Origin: Balanoglossus misakiensis
Lineage: Eukaryota > Animalia > Hemichordata
NCBI GenBank assembly: GCA_040954595.2
Contig: CM082595.2
Location: forward strand, 10,281,918 to 10,345,917
Direction of reading: 5' to 3'
DNA length: 64,000 nucleotides
This document shows, piece by piece, positions 51,301-64,000 of this stretch. The position numbers and the translations under genes are program-made. Positions within the stretch are counted from its first letter, which is position 1. Every line of letters starts with the position of its first letter. The notes beneath the pieces are model-generated. The model saw nothing but the letters and a program-made list of their open reading frames with translations. It made no database searches and was not told where the DNA came from.

Positions 51301-54300
51301 GGCTAGCTTAAAGTTATCACTATTTTTGTTTTCGGTTGCAACTGTGGTTTCTTGTCACACTCTAAAGGATTTCACAGCATTTGGTTTTTCAAAACAGCCG
51401 TTTGGTTGTTGTCATGTATACATGTACATGACTGTGGAGTGTAGTTTGTAGATTCTGTAATTTTGACAATATCTTGACTGAACATCCCACAGCTGTCAAC
51501 CAGTGTCAACCCATCCAGTGTCAGAATGGTGGAAACTGTGTGCTGACGCCCAATTGGTGTACTGAATTCACATGCTCCTGTACAAGCTGTTACTCCGGCG
51601 ATTTATGTCAGACATGTGAGTGATTTTAAATTTCAGATGAAGAGGAACATAATAACATAACACATAATCGGCTTGCAGTTGGTTTCTTCCAACCTGTATC
51701 AAACAGTGAATAACGACACAATTTTGGGGAAATTTATTAAGAATGTGTGTGCCATAAAAGGGGATTGTGTATTTGACCAAACAACAACCTGCACCGTATG
51801 GTACACTAAGACACTATTACACCTGTGTCAAAATTTCATTACGTTTCTTTTGTTGAACATGGAAGAAATTTGTCACAGTGATGTTCTGTTGACCAACTGA
51901 GATTTTTACCACTCAACCCTGACTGCACAAATCTGTTTAAAGTATATGTAGTAAATATTAACTGTACACAATTTATATCACTTTCTCTTCTGTGCACAGA
52001 TTTGAATCCGTGTCAGCCCAACCCTTGTCTAAACAGTGGATTCTGCCAGCAAGTGTCCTGCACCGAGTTCAGATGCCAGAGTTCGCGCTGTTTCATCGGA
52101 ACCACGTGCGCTGAACGTAAGCAAACCAGTGCCAGATTTGCCGCACAAAGTAGAAATCGCTGGGCTTTGTCATTGATATTGTCTCAATAAAGTTGCCTGT
52201 GATTGTGCAGCTAACCAAGAGACTTATATGCACTACCGTAGCCATGATGTATACTTTCATTGACTCAAATGCTCATCAGAGTAGATGTTGCTATTTTTCC
52301 AACCGTAAATTGAAACATCAGAAAGTTATGACATCAACTACCCCCACCCCCACCCCACCCCACCCCCAACTAGTAAATATTATAAGATGTTGTAATTATG
52401 ATAAAGATGGTAGCACCAAGCTTGGATCAAGTGGTCTTCATTATCCTTCACACATGAACATGATCACACGGATGTGCAATCTTCTGACAGTCTGCTACAG
52501 ATTTCACTTCCCACTCAAGTGTGTAAGACCCTAATGTGATACTTTTCATTTCTCTCACCCTTAGCGATCAACCATTGTCTTCTAAACCCATGTCTGAATA
52601 ACGGAGTGTATCAGCCACTTCAAGGCTCCTGCTCAATCTACACCTGCAACTGTCCAACCTGCTACACTGGGCAAACATGTGTTACATGTAAGTCACAAGT
52701 TTTTAGGTCCCATTGGTATGTACCATGGAACCTTATGGGATTGGTTACGTCTGTATGTATGGATGGATGGATGGATGTATGTCTGTATGTCCGTCCACAT
52801 CAAAAACTTGAAAACCGCAGCGCGTATGACCTCGATATTTGGCGTGTAGATGCAGGCAGGGCTGTAGATGGGAGTTTGTTCAAATGAAGATGTCATTGCC
52901 AAAAATATGCAAATTAGCTGGGAAAATGTGAAATTGGTCAAAACTCAAAAACTGGACAACCACTGGTCATATTGATTTGAAAATTGGTATGCATGTACCT
53001 TATATCAACCTCATACAATCCTGTATGTTTTGAGCTAATATTATCGATTTCCTATTTTTTTTGCATTTTTTTGTGTTTTTCCATGTTATTGGTAAAAAGT
53101 CTTTGAAATTTAGTATGAAGCCTCCTAATGTTGTCAAAGAACCATAGTTTTGTTCAAATTGTTGCAAAATTTGCATATCTATAATTTTGAGCAATATTTG
53201 CCATTTTTGGTCAAAAAATGTTTTTCTTTAAAACCTCATGCCAGATTGCTTTGCAATTTGGTAGGCATGTTCGTAGGGGTAACCTAAATAATATGTTGTA
53301 AAAAAAAAGAGATATTTGCATAAATGTGTTATCGGGGAAACTTTTGCAATTTTTGTCAAAAATTGTTTTCTCTGAAACCACTTGTCCTATTGCATTGAAC
53401 TTAGGCAGCATGTTCCTTGTAGTGATTGAAGTAAGATATTGTACAATTTTGGTGATATTTGTGTTTTTGCCACTTTTGAACAAATATTTTCTGTGAAACT
53501 GCTTGTTGGATTGCTTTGAAATTAGTTTTTTCTCTGATTGCTTTGAAATTTAGGATATAATTTCATAACACATACCTGTATATGTGCAACTTTTATTCAA
53601 TTCTGAGATCAGAAAGATTAAATATTTAGCGAGTTTTTTTGGTAAGTTTCTTAGTTTTTGGTTAGCAAATCTTTTCCTAAACAAATTGTCCAGTTGTTTT
53701 TAAAGTTACTATTTACAAGGAGTTGTTACCTCGAACAAAGACATGTTTACATAACTTAAATAGGCCAGCTGTTACAGAGACCACCAGCTATCAAATTTTA
53801 ATTACCAATGGCAGGTCAGTGTGTGTCTGTTCCAGGGCTGACTGAAAGAAGTTGCTTCGCATATGTGTTTGTACAGACAATTTTTGGTCATTTTTTTTTC
53901 TAGCACCACTTGTAAGACTGCCTTGACACATGACAGTTTATTGGGCATGTTCCTTGTTAATGTTTTTACATTCCATATTTCTATGTGGTCAGATCATATC
54001 TGCTTGCAAATGTCACCTGTAATTTTTATTCTGGTGTGTCACTGTTTCCGCATAATCCTCAAATGTCATCAGATCTCCGAATGTGATGAAAACAGTGTGT
54101 TTTGAGTGTTTTTTAAATGACCTTTTGGGTTAAAAGTGGCAAAAATGGCAATTTTGTCTTGAAAGGGGTCAATAAGACTGACTTTTTTGGAATCAGCACC
54201 ATTTTTTACATTGAATGGACTAGTCTGCTCAAACTTTCCTTACCAACAATTCTGTTTAATCTTCTGTAACATGTATACTAGTATACATGTAGCTGCCTGA

Positions 54301-55227
54301 TAGTTTGCCCTGTGTGTGTAATTGCTGAGTGACATAGCGCATTCTGTGATTGGTGCAGTCACGTAACCACCAATAAGATCGCTTGTTATAAGGAGAACTG
54401 CACGACCTTTAACCGCATTAGCATACCTGATTTTTAGGGCTCGATATTACCTCTGAGGACGCAATATTTAAGTTGAAGTTTTTTTCTTTTATCATATTAG
54501 AGCAAGAAGACTTGTTTTTATGTAAAAGAAATAGACCCTAATATACAGAGTGCGTTTTGAAACGATAGGCAGGTCCGGCCCATAGCCTAATTCTTCATTT
54601 TTCTGTCATGCATAGGAATTGATCAGTGCTAACAACCCATGTCAAAATGGCAGCACTTGCTAACCCTAACCTCGTGTGGGGCATTGACGTGCACCTGCCA
54701 AGGATGCTATACTGGGAGCGCTGTGAAAATTGTCAGTCAGTTTCTTTTGTCAAATTAATCAATATGTGTGGGACTGCTATACATGTATATAAAACAGAAT
54801 ACTGCGATGGAAAATTCTATAACTTAATGTTTCACTGGATATATGACTTAAAGTTAGCAGGATGCAGTGAATTCAACAGAAAGTGTGATTTCCTCTTGTG
54901 TGAGCTCTGTGCGACTGTGCCAATGAAAATCTCACCACAAACAAAAATGACAGGTATACACTGTATATTAGCAGCTTTGTCTTTGTAATAGCCATAGTGT
55001 TTTGAAGTTGAAAACTTGCAAAGTGTGCAGTTTTATTCACACTACAAAGGAAACATTGTTGAAACGGATTATCTGTGTACATTGTCAAACTGTACACTTG
55101 TCGTGAGATTTATTCTCAATTATATTATATCATGCTACCGTCCGCAATTCTGATTGGACGAGAGCTAAATCCAGCGATGCTAAAATACTCAATAATGCAC
55201 TGCTGGCAGTGGTAAAACAGGCTTTCT

Positions 55228-56418
55228 GTTTGCCACATGGGTTTGTTCTTTAGGTTGTTGTATGTGTTTACACTCATCATGTTTATTGTAGAACCAGGGT
55301 TGATCAGTGAGGCAACTGCTGTTTGTTCTATCTGCACTGTTACTTGAGGCCTCCTGCCATTTGATTGTTGTACAGTGAAGCAGTATTCATCTCCCGAGCT
55401 GTCTTCCACTTTATGCACAGCTTTGACAGTTTCATCCTTGTCTACCCTATTTGCCTTGCCTTTTGATCGGTAGCATTTGGCAAAATGGTTAGGTTTGCCA
55501 CACTTCCTGCATGACTTGCCTTTAGCTGGACATACTGAGTCATGTGGATAGGTGCCACCACAATAATAACAAGTGGACGGTCCTTTCGCTGGCTGCTGAT
55601 GAGCTCTCTTTTTTTTTTTTGGTTTCGGGCGTTGATGGCGCTGTTTTCTGACCGCATTCACAGATGCCGTGTCTGCACCATTATTATGGGGTTTCTCCTC
55701 AATCCCACTAGCCTGAACCTCTGATACCTCAAATGAACGGGCTGTACTCAGTAGATTCTCTAGTGTCGTCTCCTCCCAAAGAGCACGACGTCTGAGACGG
55801 GCTGATGTGAATCCTCGTATGATTTGTGATTTGACCTCTTGATCCTTATTGGTGAAGTCACATATGTTTCTGCTAGGCGTTGCAAACAAGTGTGATAGGC
55901 ATCAATCGATTCGCGGTTGTTTTGTATGGTGTCTCTGAAGATGAATCGTTCGTATTCAATGTTCCGTTTGGGTGAGAAGTACGACGTAAGCTTTAATTTG
56001 GCTGTTTCACAGCTCGTTCCTGTATCTGGTAGAGTATCAAAGAAGTCGGAAACTTCCTCACCTGCCCAGTGCAATAGCAGTGCACGTTGTCGCTTGTCAT
56101 CTGTAATGTTGAATGCGACAAATGCGTTTTCTACTCTAACCATGTACTTTTTCCATCTCGTACTGGTGGTTGTCGGGTCTGAATGAACAGGAAAACTCGG
56201 CATTGACGGCTAGCTGATTCTCCATGTTCTCCGTCCTCGTCGCCAAATATAGAATCGTGGGTGGGCAATAATGACAACATGAGACACCAAGTCCGGCATG
56301 TAAGAGTGAGAGTGCCTAGCCTCATTCACGCACTTTATTCATAATGACCCGAATGTTGCATTACGTCATTTTACAGAATGTATAAAGTATAGATGCTCAC
56401 TAGTGTTTGGACACTACA
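55228..56418 (-). mobile_element. Third copy of the tRNA-Ser-primed Gypsy fragment
   Basis: LTR 56248-56418, PBS ~56234-56245, ORFs 55760-56203 and 55125-55889. Confidence 0.88.
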
Positions 56419-56602
56419 ATATACATGTGACTGCAGTGTCTTTCCAATCATGAATTTGCAAGGTGTCCTTCGGAGAAAATCTTCTGATTCTCTTTTCTGA
56501 TTTGCTTTGCATATTTAACTTAATGATCTCATTTGTTGGAATTCCCTGTCTCAAATTTTTGATGATCAGTCTCTGCCCCATTGCTCATCGTCCCAACTTT
56601 CT

Positions 56603-56935
56603 GATGATATATGGATGATAGATGGGATCAAATCTTTGGTCGTGTATTTGCTACAAATGGTAGGTATTGGTTCGTGATTGAGTCTTTGTGTTGTATATTT
56701 GGGGTGGCAGTGGTATGAGTTTGGATTTATGCCAATCTTTAAGTTAAGTGTTATTTGGGTTGCCGTTGAGCATTGATGGCTTGATAAGTGGGGCTAGGGT
56801 CAATTTTGATTGGGTTTGGATTGTTTGGGCTATGATAGGTTGGGTGATGGCTAGGATTTGTGGTGGGTATATGGTGTGGTGTAAGAGATGGAGGCATTAT
56901 GGGGTCTGGTGAGGTTTTTGTGAAGGAGGCCATGG
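56603..56935. other. Foreign ~330-bp filler at a large deletion junction
   Basis: Strongly G/T-skewed on + and not seen in other copies; replaces the equivalent of ~12628-16555. Confidence 0.7.
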
Positions 56936-58953
56936 TGGCTGCAGAATTCAGGGCATGCTGTAGCGGTTGAATGCAAGATGATGGTAAACCACAGAGTATT
57001 GCATTGCAGTAGTCCAGTTTTGATGTGATTAGAGCATGAACCAGCATCTGGCAAACTTCCTTAGTGAGGTAACGGCGAATGTGGCTGATTTGACGCAGAT
57101 GAAAGAAAATTGACTTGCAAATTGCATTAATGTGCTTATTGAAAGTGTAATTGTCGTCGAATGTCACACCTATATTCCGTGCAGAATTCACAATTTGAAC
57201 ACAACATGATCCAATGTTCATGTGGTTTATGGGACGAGGCGAGCGGTTGAACTGAGACCTTATCAGGAGTACCTCGGGTTTGCCACCATTGAGTTGAAGT
57301 TTATTATGTGTCATCCAGGTTTTTATTTCGTGAACTGCCCTTTCCATCTTGTCTAATGTACTTATGGTGTCTAACTGGAAGAAATATTGGTATAGTTGGT
57401 TGTCATCGGCATATTGGTGAAAATTGATGTTGTGGTGACAAATAAGTTGAGCAAGTGGTTGGATGTAGCTGCAGAACAAAAGTGGGCCAAGCACTGAACC
57501 GTGTGGTACTCCATATTGTAGATATTGAGGTTCTGACATTGTGCCATACAAACTGCTGTCTGTTCTTAAGATATGATGAGAACCATTGTAGTGGGATGTT
57601 GGTGATGCCCAGTTTTGATAACCTTGAGATGATTGTGTCGTGATCTATGGTATCAAACACAGAGGAGAGATCGAGGAGAACCATGAGTACACATTTACCG
57701 GCATCCAGTGCCATACAAATATCGTTGTTGACTTTAGTAAGTGCTGTTTCGGTACTGTGATCCTTTCGGTACGCTGACTGCAGTGGTTCTTGTAGTGAGT
57801 TGGTAGTCAAATATGATGTCAGTTGTTGTGCTACAATCTTCCCGATTACTTTTGACAGGAAGGTTAGGTTTGAAACTGGTCTATAGTTCTTGAAAATGTT
57901 TTTGTCGAGCGAAGGTTTCTTGAGTATATTGGTGTGATGACTGCTATTTTAAGTTATTCAGGAACAGTTCCAGTTTTGAGTGACAAATTGATAATTGTGG
58001 CTATGATAGTGAGCTGATTACCAAGACATTGCTTAACAAGTGCTGTAGGGATGACATCAAGTACACATGTTTTAGATGGAGACTGACGTGTTGGTTATAA
58101 GCTGATATGGCTGAGGAGAGGTCATTTCGAGGCTAGGACATTTGATGTATTTTGTCGAGATCATGGCTGAAACTATCAATTGAAGTGGCAGATACGACGA
58201 TAAGATATTTGACGTCTACTGTGTGTTGGTTTCGGAAGAGCAAGTTTTGCATTGACAGGATTGTGATCAGAGAGTTCCAAGCAGTCTACAGAGACACTCT
58301 TGATGTTAGACGCAGAGTTAGATAAGATGAGATCAAGAGTATGACCCTTTCTGTGTGTTGGTTGTTGGACCCATTGTTTCAGATTACAGGCGCTGATGAT
58401 TCCATTGAATTTCTGTGTTACTGGATTCTTATCATCTTCTAGGTGAATATTGAAATCTCCTACGATGAAGAGATTACTTGAGCAGGTGACATACTTCTCA
58501 AGTGTTGTACTGAACTCTTCCATGAACTGTGGTGCGGTGAATTTATTATTAACTGATGGTGGTGGACGGTAGACAAGAATTATTTTCATGGAAAGTTTCT
58601 GGTGAAGAATAGTTGCTTCCGCTGCCTCAAAAGATTTAACAGAGAGAATAGGCTTCCAAGCTGTTAATTTTAGTGCTAGCTTATGAATTTAAGCTAAGCC
58701 TCCACCGATCTTGCCAACCCCAGGTAGATGTTTGACAGCATAGCCTGGTGGTGTACATTCAGCCATTACGTGTTCGTCACCAGATTCCTTCAACCATGTT
58801 TCAGTGAGTACAAGAATATCAATTTCTTTATCTGTGACGTAGTCTGCAATGTCTAATGATTTGCATCTAGCTGAGCGGACATTCCATGTAGAGAGTAGAA
58901 GTTCACACGTATTGTGGAAAGGGTGGATCTTGAATACTGCATAGTCACTCTTC
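56936..58953 (-). mobile_element. L2-clade LINE ORF2 (APE endonuclease + RT), degenerate
   Basis: TWNVRS...LTETWL, VYRPP...GDFNIH...HTLDL...SDH (APE); QSAYR..HSTETAL...[26 protein letters not shown] (RT). Same insertion as 16108-16959 but retaining upstream sequence. Confidence 0.92.
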
Positions 58954-59901
58954 AATAGATATTTAGCGACTCGCTAACTGTTGCAATTCGTGTGTGTGTA
59001 ATTTACGTACTTCAAGTTAAATATCGCAACTAGCCGTAATGTTTGACTAGGGGGAGCACCTATACTAATGCGAGTACCAGGGATTGAAAGTTGCACCTGT
59101 ATTTTGATCCCTTAGTTACCCGTATAAGTACATTTGTAGTTTAATAACCATAGTTCTATTGCAAACCATTCTTTCCGTAGTTTCTTGTTTCAAATATTGT
59201 AATCTGAATTTATTTTGATGTTTAACAGGTGTGATTATCTGTATTTGCGGCCATTTTGAAAAAAAATGGTTGCCATGGAAACTCTTCAACAGATATTTAG
59301 TAACTCGCTATCTGAATTTGTTCAGTACACATTAACACACATCTGAGCCAAGTTTGGTGCTTTTATCACAAAATACACAATCGATATGAAAATTTGGGTT
59401 TTGGTGCTCCACTACCTAAGTAACATTAAGGATGTACGTTCATAGTATTGTCATTTTTTTAATTGTAAATTTTTTTATTCTCTTTTGTATGTATAATGAA
59501 AATCCGTAATAAAATATAGGGGTCACCGCGCTTGTTTTTGAAATACAGAGCCATGAAATTGGTCGATAATAGAAGAAATCTGCTGACTCAGCATTTTTCA
59601 CCAATGGTTTGTTTGTCTATGGCCAAAATTCTTAATGCAATTTATCTCAAAAAAGAGCGCGGTGACCCCTATATTTTATTTGACCAATAAATTTATATTT
59701 GCTGGACTGAGCTATGTGTAAAATTTCGTGAAAATGACAATAGTAGAAGTTTGTTTTCTGGCGATTATCAATGTAATCCTATGGGAAAAAGACCGGACAC
59801 GCAGTGTTTCCGGTTTATGTTCTGCACGTACATCCTTGATGAAGTTTGCTGGCTAGAGGGCTCCTAAACTTCCTTAATAGTTGACGTCTTCACTCCTACA
59901 G

Positions 59902-62900
59902 GACTGCGCAGCTGGAAGTTAAAGTTCAGCATGTTCTGAAGCATGCACGCTGTGTCCAGGGGTTTCATGTGTGGAACAGCCAGCCTCTCATCACCAACAC
60001 AATGCGGACTGGGATATTTTGCCAACAATGGAAGTATAGACTGTACGCCTTGTCCTGCCCCGGGTATAAGTGCCAATATGATGGTATGTCGGAGCCAGAG
60101 GTGTGTGAAGATGGATACTACACTAATATAGATGGTGAGTCAGCACTTAAAGTTTGGGCATTACTGTGTAATCGTTCACTTAAAGGCACGTAAGCTGTAA
60201 CTTTTGGGATAATTTTCATAATTTTTGTTTAAAACTGCACTACCATTAGTCCATGCAGATGAAGGCAGTGAACTATACACAAGCATTATAAACCCTAAAT
60301 ATGAGTGCATATGCAAGTTTTAACCAGATAAATAATAAAGCTTTGCCGCAAGCGATTATGGCCGCCACCCTGGGAAAATGCAAGAAACAATGAAAATGTT
60401 GCATTTCCGGTTTTGAAACTTCATAAACAAAACATGATCTCATCCACTTGAGCTCATGGAAGTAAATGTACACCACTGAGACATCAGATTTCCATTTTTC
60501 ATTGCAATATTGCACTTTTTTTAAAATTGCAGGAATTTTCGTTTTTTCTTTAATAAAGCTTTGCCGCAAGCGATTATGGCCGCCACCGTGGGAAAATGCA
60601 AGAAACAATGTGTCATAAATAAACATTGTGTCATAAATAAGTGTTGAGCTTGATATATTATCATGAAATATCATTTAATAGACATAATTAAAAGCATATA
60701 TGAGATTATTTAAAACTTTAATTTCTTTATCCAGTTGCAGCTTACGTGCCTTTAAGGCGGACGATCATCTTATGTGCATGTACGTAATTCTGTGCGTACA
60801 AACATTACGTCCAGTCCAAATATTCTGCCAATTTTTCATCCAATGCATTCAAATAGTGGACTGCTTCGCTTTCATCCAGTTTTCATGTGCATCGTATAAG
60901 TAGACTTTTGTTTTGTCCCGTCTTTTCACCAAATTTGCTCTTACCCAAATCTCCGACACAGACTATGATCGTCACGATCTTGTCTGTTGTTAGAACAGCA
61001 CACTGCCGTATGGCATTGACTGTACACAGTTTCTGTTACCAATATCTCTGGATTGGCATTTTCCTGTCCTCAATCTTTTGCCAGGGATTTTTGTCTCCCC
61101 AACCCGCGTGAGAATCCCACGTCTTTGAAGGTATGACTGTGACTATAAGATTCTATAAATCTCTGTTTATTTTCAGCACAAACATCATGTGCTGATTGCC
61201 CAGCTGGTAACCAATGTCCAAATGGTAACACTGTGATTTTATGCTCGGCTGGTTATTACAGTTCGGCCTTGGACAAAGGATGTCTCGCTGTACCTCTTGC
61301 ATAACAGGTAAACTTCTACCCACCCACCTTTATTTCTAACATCAAACATTAGGTCAGGTAATTTACTAACTGAAAAATAGGATGGGATCATTTTCTATTT
61401 CTGTATTTAAAATTTACTGATATAATATATGAATGAAAAAATGACAATTTTTCCAAATTTGAATAGACCTCTATTTATGAAAATAATTAAAATTTGCACC
61501 AAATTTTTACAGTGGTATTCAAAGGTTAACTTGGTGTGTAAATTCTCTGTTTGATTTACAGATCAGCTGGTGCTGAACATTGTACTATTTGTGAGCAAGG
61601 GTACGCCTGCATAGATCCCAGTGCATCGCAATTCAAGTGTACCAAGGGTTACGTGTCATTGGCTGGTGCAACAAAATGTACCAGATGTACAAATGGTAAG
61701 ATTGTGGTACTTGTTCAGTTTGCTGTGTGATGAAACTGAGGGGTATGTGTGTATGCATGTATGTGTTTACAACAGATTTTCAAGTCAGTGCGACTGGGGT
61801 ATGTGTGTGTGTGTATGTATGTATGTGTTTACAACAGATTATCAACTCAGTGCGAGATCTTGCGAGACCCGGTTAGCCATGTGAGATCTCGCAGAGTCTT
61901 ATGATATTCAGAAAATGGTTGATTAGAAATGACGTTTAATGTCCTCCAAAGAATTTTCTACATGCCTGTATACTTGTCTCAGAATTATGAAGTGAGTCAT
62001 CTCAAGTAATTTGTTATTTTAAATGACACTGTATCACAAATACATCACTAAAAACCTCATTTTCTTTAATCAGATGAAATAAGTGAGGAGCCTGCACGCA
62101 CATCCTGTCTTCTGTGCCCTGCTGGACAATCGTGTTCAGATCCAATGTAAGATCCGCTCGACTGTGGCAATGGTGAATATGCTATGGAAGGCGACGGCAC
62201 ATGCACGCCTTGTCCAGCGGGATCCAAGTGTCCAACCATGTCACCCGTAGTGGATTGTTCAACAGTTACTGGTAAGTTGGGCTGCAAATCACTCTTGTGA
62301 CTTCCCTGTGTTATAGCATGGCATACACAGAAAATTAAACTGTTATGCTTATTGGAGTTGATATTGTGATGCACTTTGAAAAACACAATGATTCCACTGA
62401 AGAGGTATTGTACAGTAAAACCTGTGATTACGGACATCTCTCTAATAAGGGATCGTTGGACCAAACCATGGTGGTAAAAATCGTTCTTTGAATTTTTTCT
62501 GTGATAGGTTCATACTCGCTAGGTTCGGCCACGTCCTTCTGGTTATGAATGCACAACTACAAGTGTCACACAGTGCGCTACAGGGCAGTAACGTGCTGAA
62601 GGAGGTAAGTCTTGAAATCCCTTTTCTTCTTGTCTCGATTTGAACATGGTTCCACAAGTTGTTTACATCACTTGTAGTTTTACATATTTTTTGAGTTCAA
62701 CAGCTAGCTATACATGGTGTCCTGAGAAGTCAACCAGTATGAGAAGTCGGTCTCGGCCAGTACGAGAAGTCGGCCTGTGGGAGAGAACCCTGGTACTTTG
62801 TGTTATATATAACTGTTTCACTACGAAATGTTTCCTTGATGTACAGGAGCTGAGATATTTGTACAAATAGCCGATGAATTTTAAAACTGTCTGTTCACTT

Positions 62901-63928
62901 TTCATGTACGTCACCGGGGTACGTCAACATCAGTCACCTGCACTTCTTGAGCTGCGCCAGTAGTCTGTTCCTTGTCACGTTTGTTTGTTTGTTTGTTTGG
63001 TGTTGTCTCAGAAAGTATGAATATACACATACATCTTCTATGTATTTTAGTAGGCTTTGAAACAACTCCCTTTAATCAGAAATGTCACAGGAATTTGGCG
63101 AACAACCTAAGCTCCTTACGCGGATACGGGGCTGGGGAACTGGTACGGATGCCAGACGCCATTATTTGAAATGACGCCATTGTGTTGTCAAGAATTTGGG
63201 AAATCCGTCCAAATGAAAATATTTAGTGCAATTATATTTTATTAAGTGTTGTTATAAGTAATCTGGGTCATTACTGCACTATTCGGGTACAAGTTCAACA
63301 ACTGGCCGACTTCTCATACTGGCCGACTTCTCATGCGCGCGAACTGGCCGACTTCTAATCTGGCCGACTTCTCATGTATTCCTATACATTAGTGAAAATT
63401 GGGCAAACTGGTGTTTTCAGACAACTTATGAAGTCCTTGTCTCAATGGAGGTACCTGCCAACAACAGGTAAATTCTTGTACTGCCACAATTTGCATGTGC
63501 ACAGAGTGTTACTAGGGAACCAGTTGTGAGACAAGTAAGTTTGAATCTGTAGCAGTTAATAATGATAATTATCATTTTTTTATTATGATTTAAACTTCAC
63601 TGATGTTGTACAAACACAAAAATAGAAAGGGATAGCAGCTTAGCTCTATTCCGTTTCGAAAGTTTTTGTTCTTTTAAACTACCTGTGCATTTTTTTTATT
63701 TATTCTGATTATGCTAATATGCTAATTTGTCGGTTTGTCACATCACAATTTTTGAAGGAAACTCACCCCTGATGATCATGGAAAATTTGACCCTTTTCCT
63801 TGCAGGACTCAACCAGTGTCAACCAAATCCGTGCCAGAATGGTGGCTTCTGTCAACCGGCTCGAAATTCCTGCTTTGATCTCACCTGCATATGTACTGGT
63901 TGCTACAAAGGTGATAGGTGTGAGATAT
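59902..63928 (+). pseudogene. Copy X4 (partial) of the Cys-rich/EGF-repeat pseudogene
   Basis: Cys-rich exons at 59902, ~61177, ~61562, ~62074; deletion at ~63435 joins into EGF exon 2; EGF exon 3 ends 63928. Retains shared TAA and TAG stops. Confidence 0.8.
60184..60751. mobile_element. TTAA-TSD MITE (Kolobok-like)
   Basis: ttaa|aggcacgtaagctg ... cagcttacgtgcct|ttaa; empty site cacttaaggcgg at ~42004. Confidence 0.92.
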
Positions 63929-64000
63929 GTAAGTATACAGCGCAGTCTCATTCAAATACTGCATGTTTCCTGAGCATAGGTGTAGCCATCACCACAGCAG

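Larger units (their letters stand above)
41729..54731 (+). pseudogene. Copy X3 of the Cys-rich/EGF-repeat pseudogene
   Basis: All five Cys-rich exons (second lacks its donor at ~42560) plus EGF exons from ~46885 to 54731, with the same shared stops. Truncated at 56602, before the last EGF exon. Confidence 0.8.
1..64000 (+). repeat. Tandem segmental-duplication array, ~4 copies of an 18-24 kb unit
   Basis: Landmark acatgcc(c/t)gtatacttgtctcagaattatg at 1, 43917 and 61960, and truncated at ~19669. Near-identical ORF translations recur, e.g. 3769/26563/48044 and 107/44023/62066. Confidence 0.97.

Noticed and set aside
1-64000. The tandem array as a pure assembly artefact
   Set aside because: Four copies differ by many substitutions, private TE insertions with clean TSDs and distinct deletions. 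Two adjacent copies being alleles cannot be fully excluded without reads.

Overview
Eukaryotic, AT-rich, intron-containing DNA, probably from a marine invertebrate (inferred from the repeat and domain repertoire). The window is a head-to-tail array of about four copies of an 18-24 kb unit; one landmark sequence recurs at 1, ~19669, 43917 and 61960. Each unit carries a decayed multi-exon + strand gene: five Cys-rich (GCC2/GCC3-like) exons, then up to 14 phase-1 EGF-like exons with an unusual 8-cysteine pattern, then possibly a terminal ORF with AATAAA. Several stops and frameshifts are shared by all copies, so the gene appears to have died before amplification. Comparing copies exposes empty sites and exact TSDs for many transposons: two Ty3/Gypsy fragments with LTR and PBS, L2 and CR1 LINE fragments, TTAA-type, P-like, TAG-ended and GG-ended MITEs, and Helentron-like repeats. 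The most striking element is a 3039-bp foldback-like insertion in a Gypsy zinc knuckle, with 34-bp TIRs, a 4-bp TSD and two inverted arrays of a 69-bp unit rich in GGAAATTTCC. No intact host gene, RNA gene or CRISPR array is evident.
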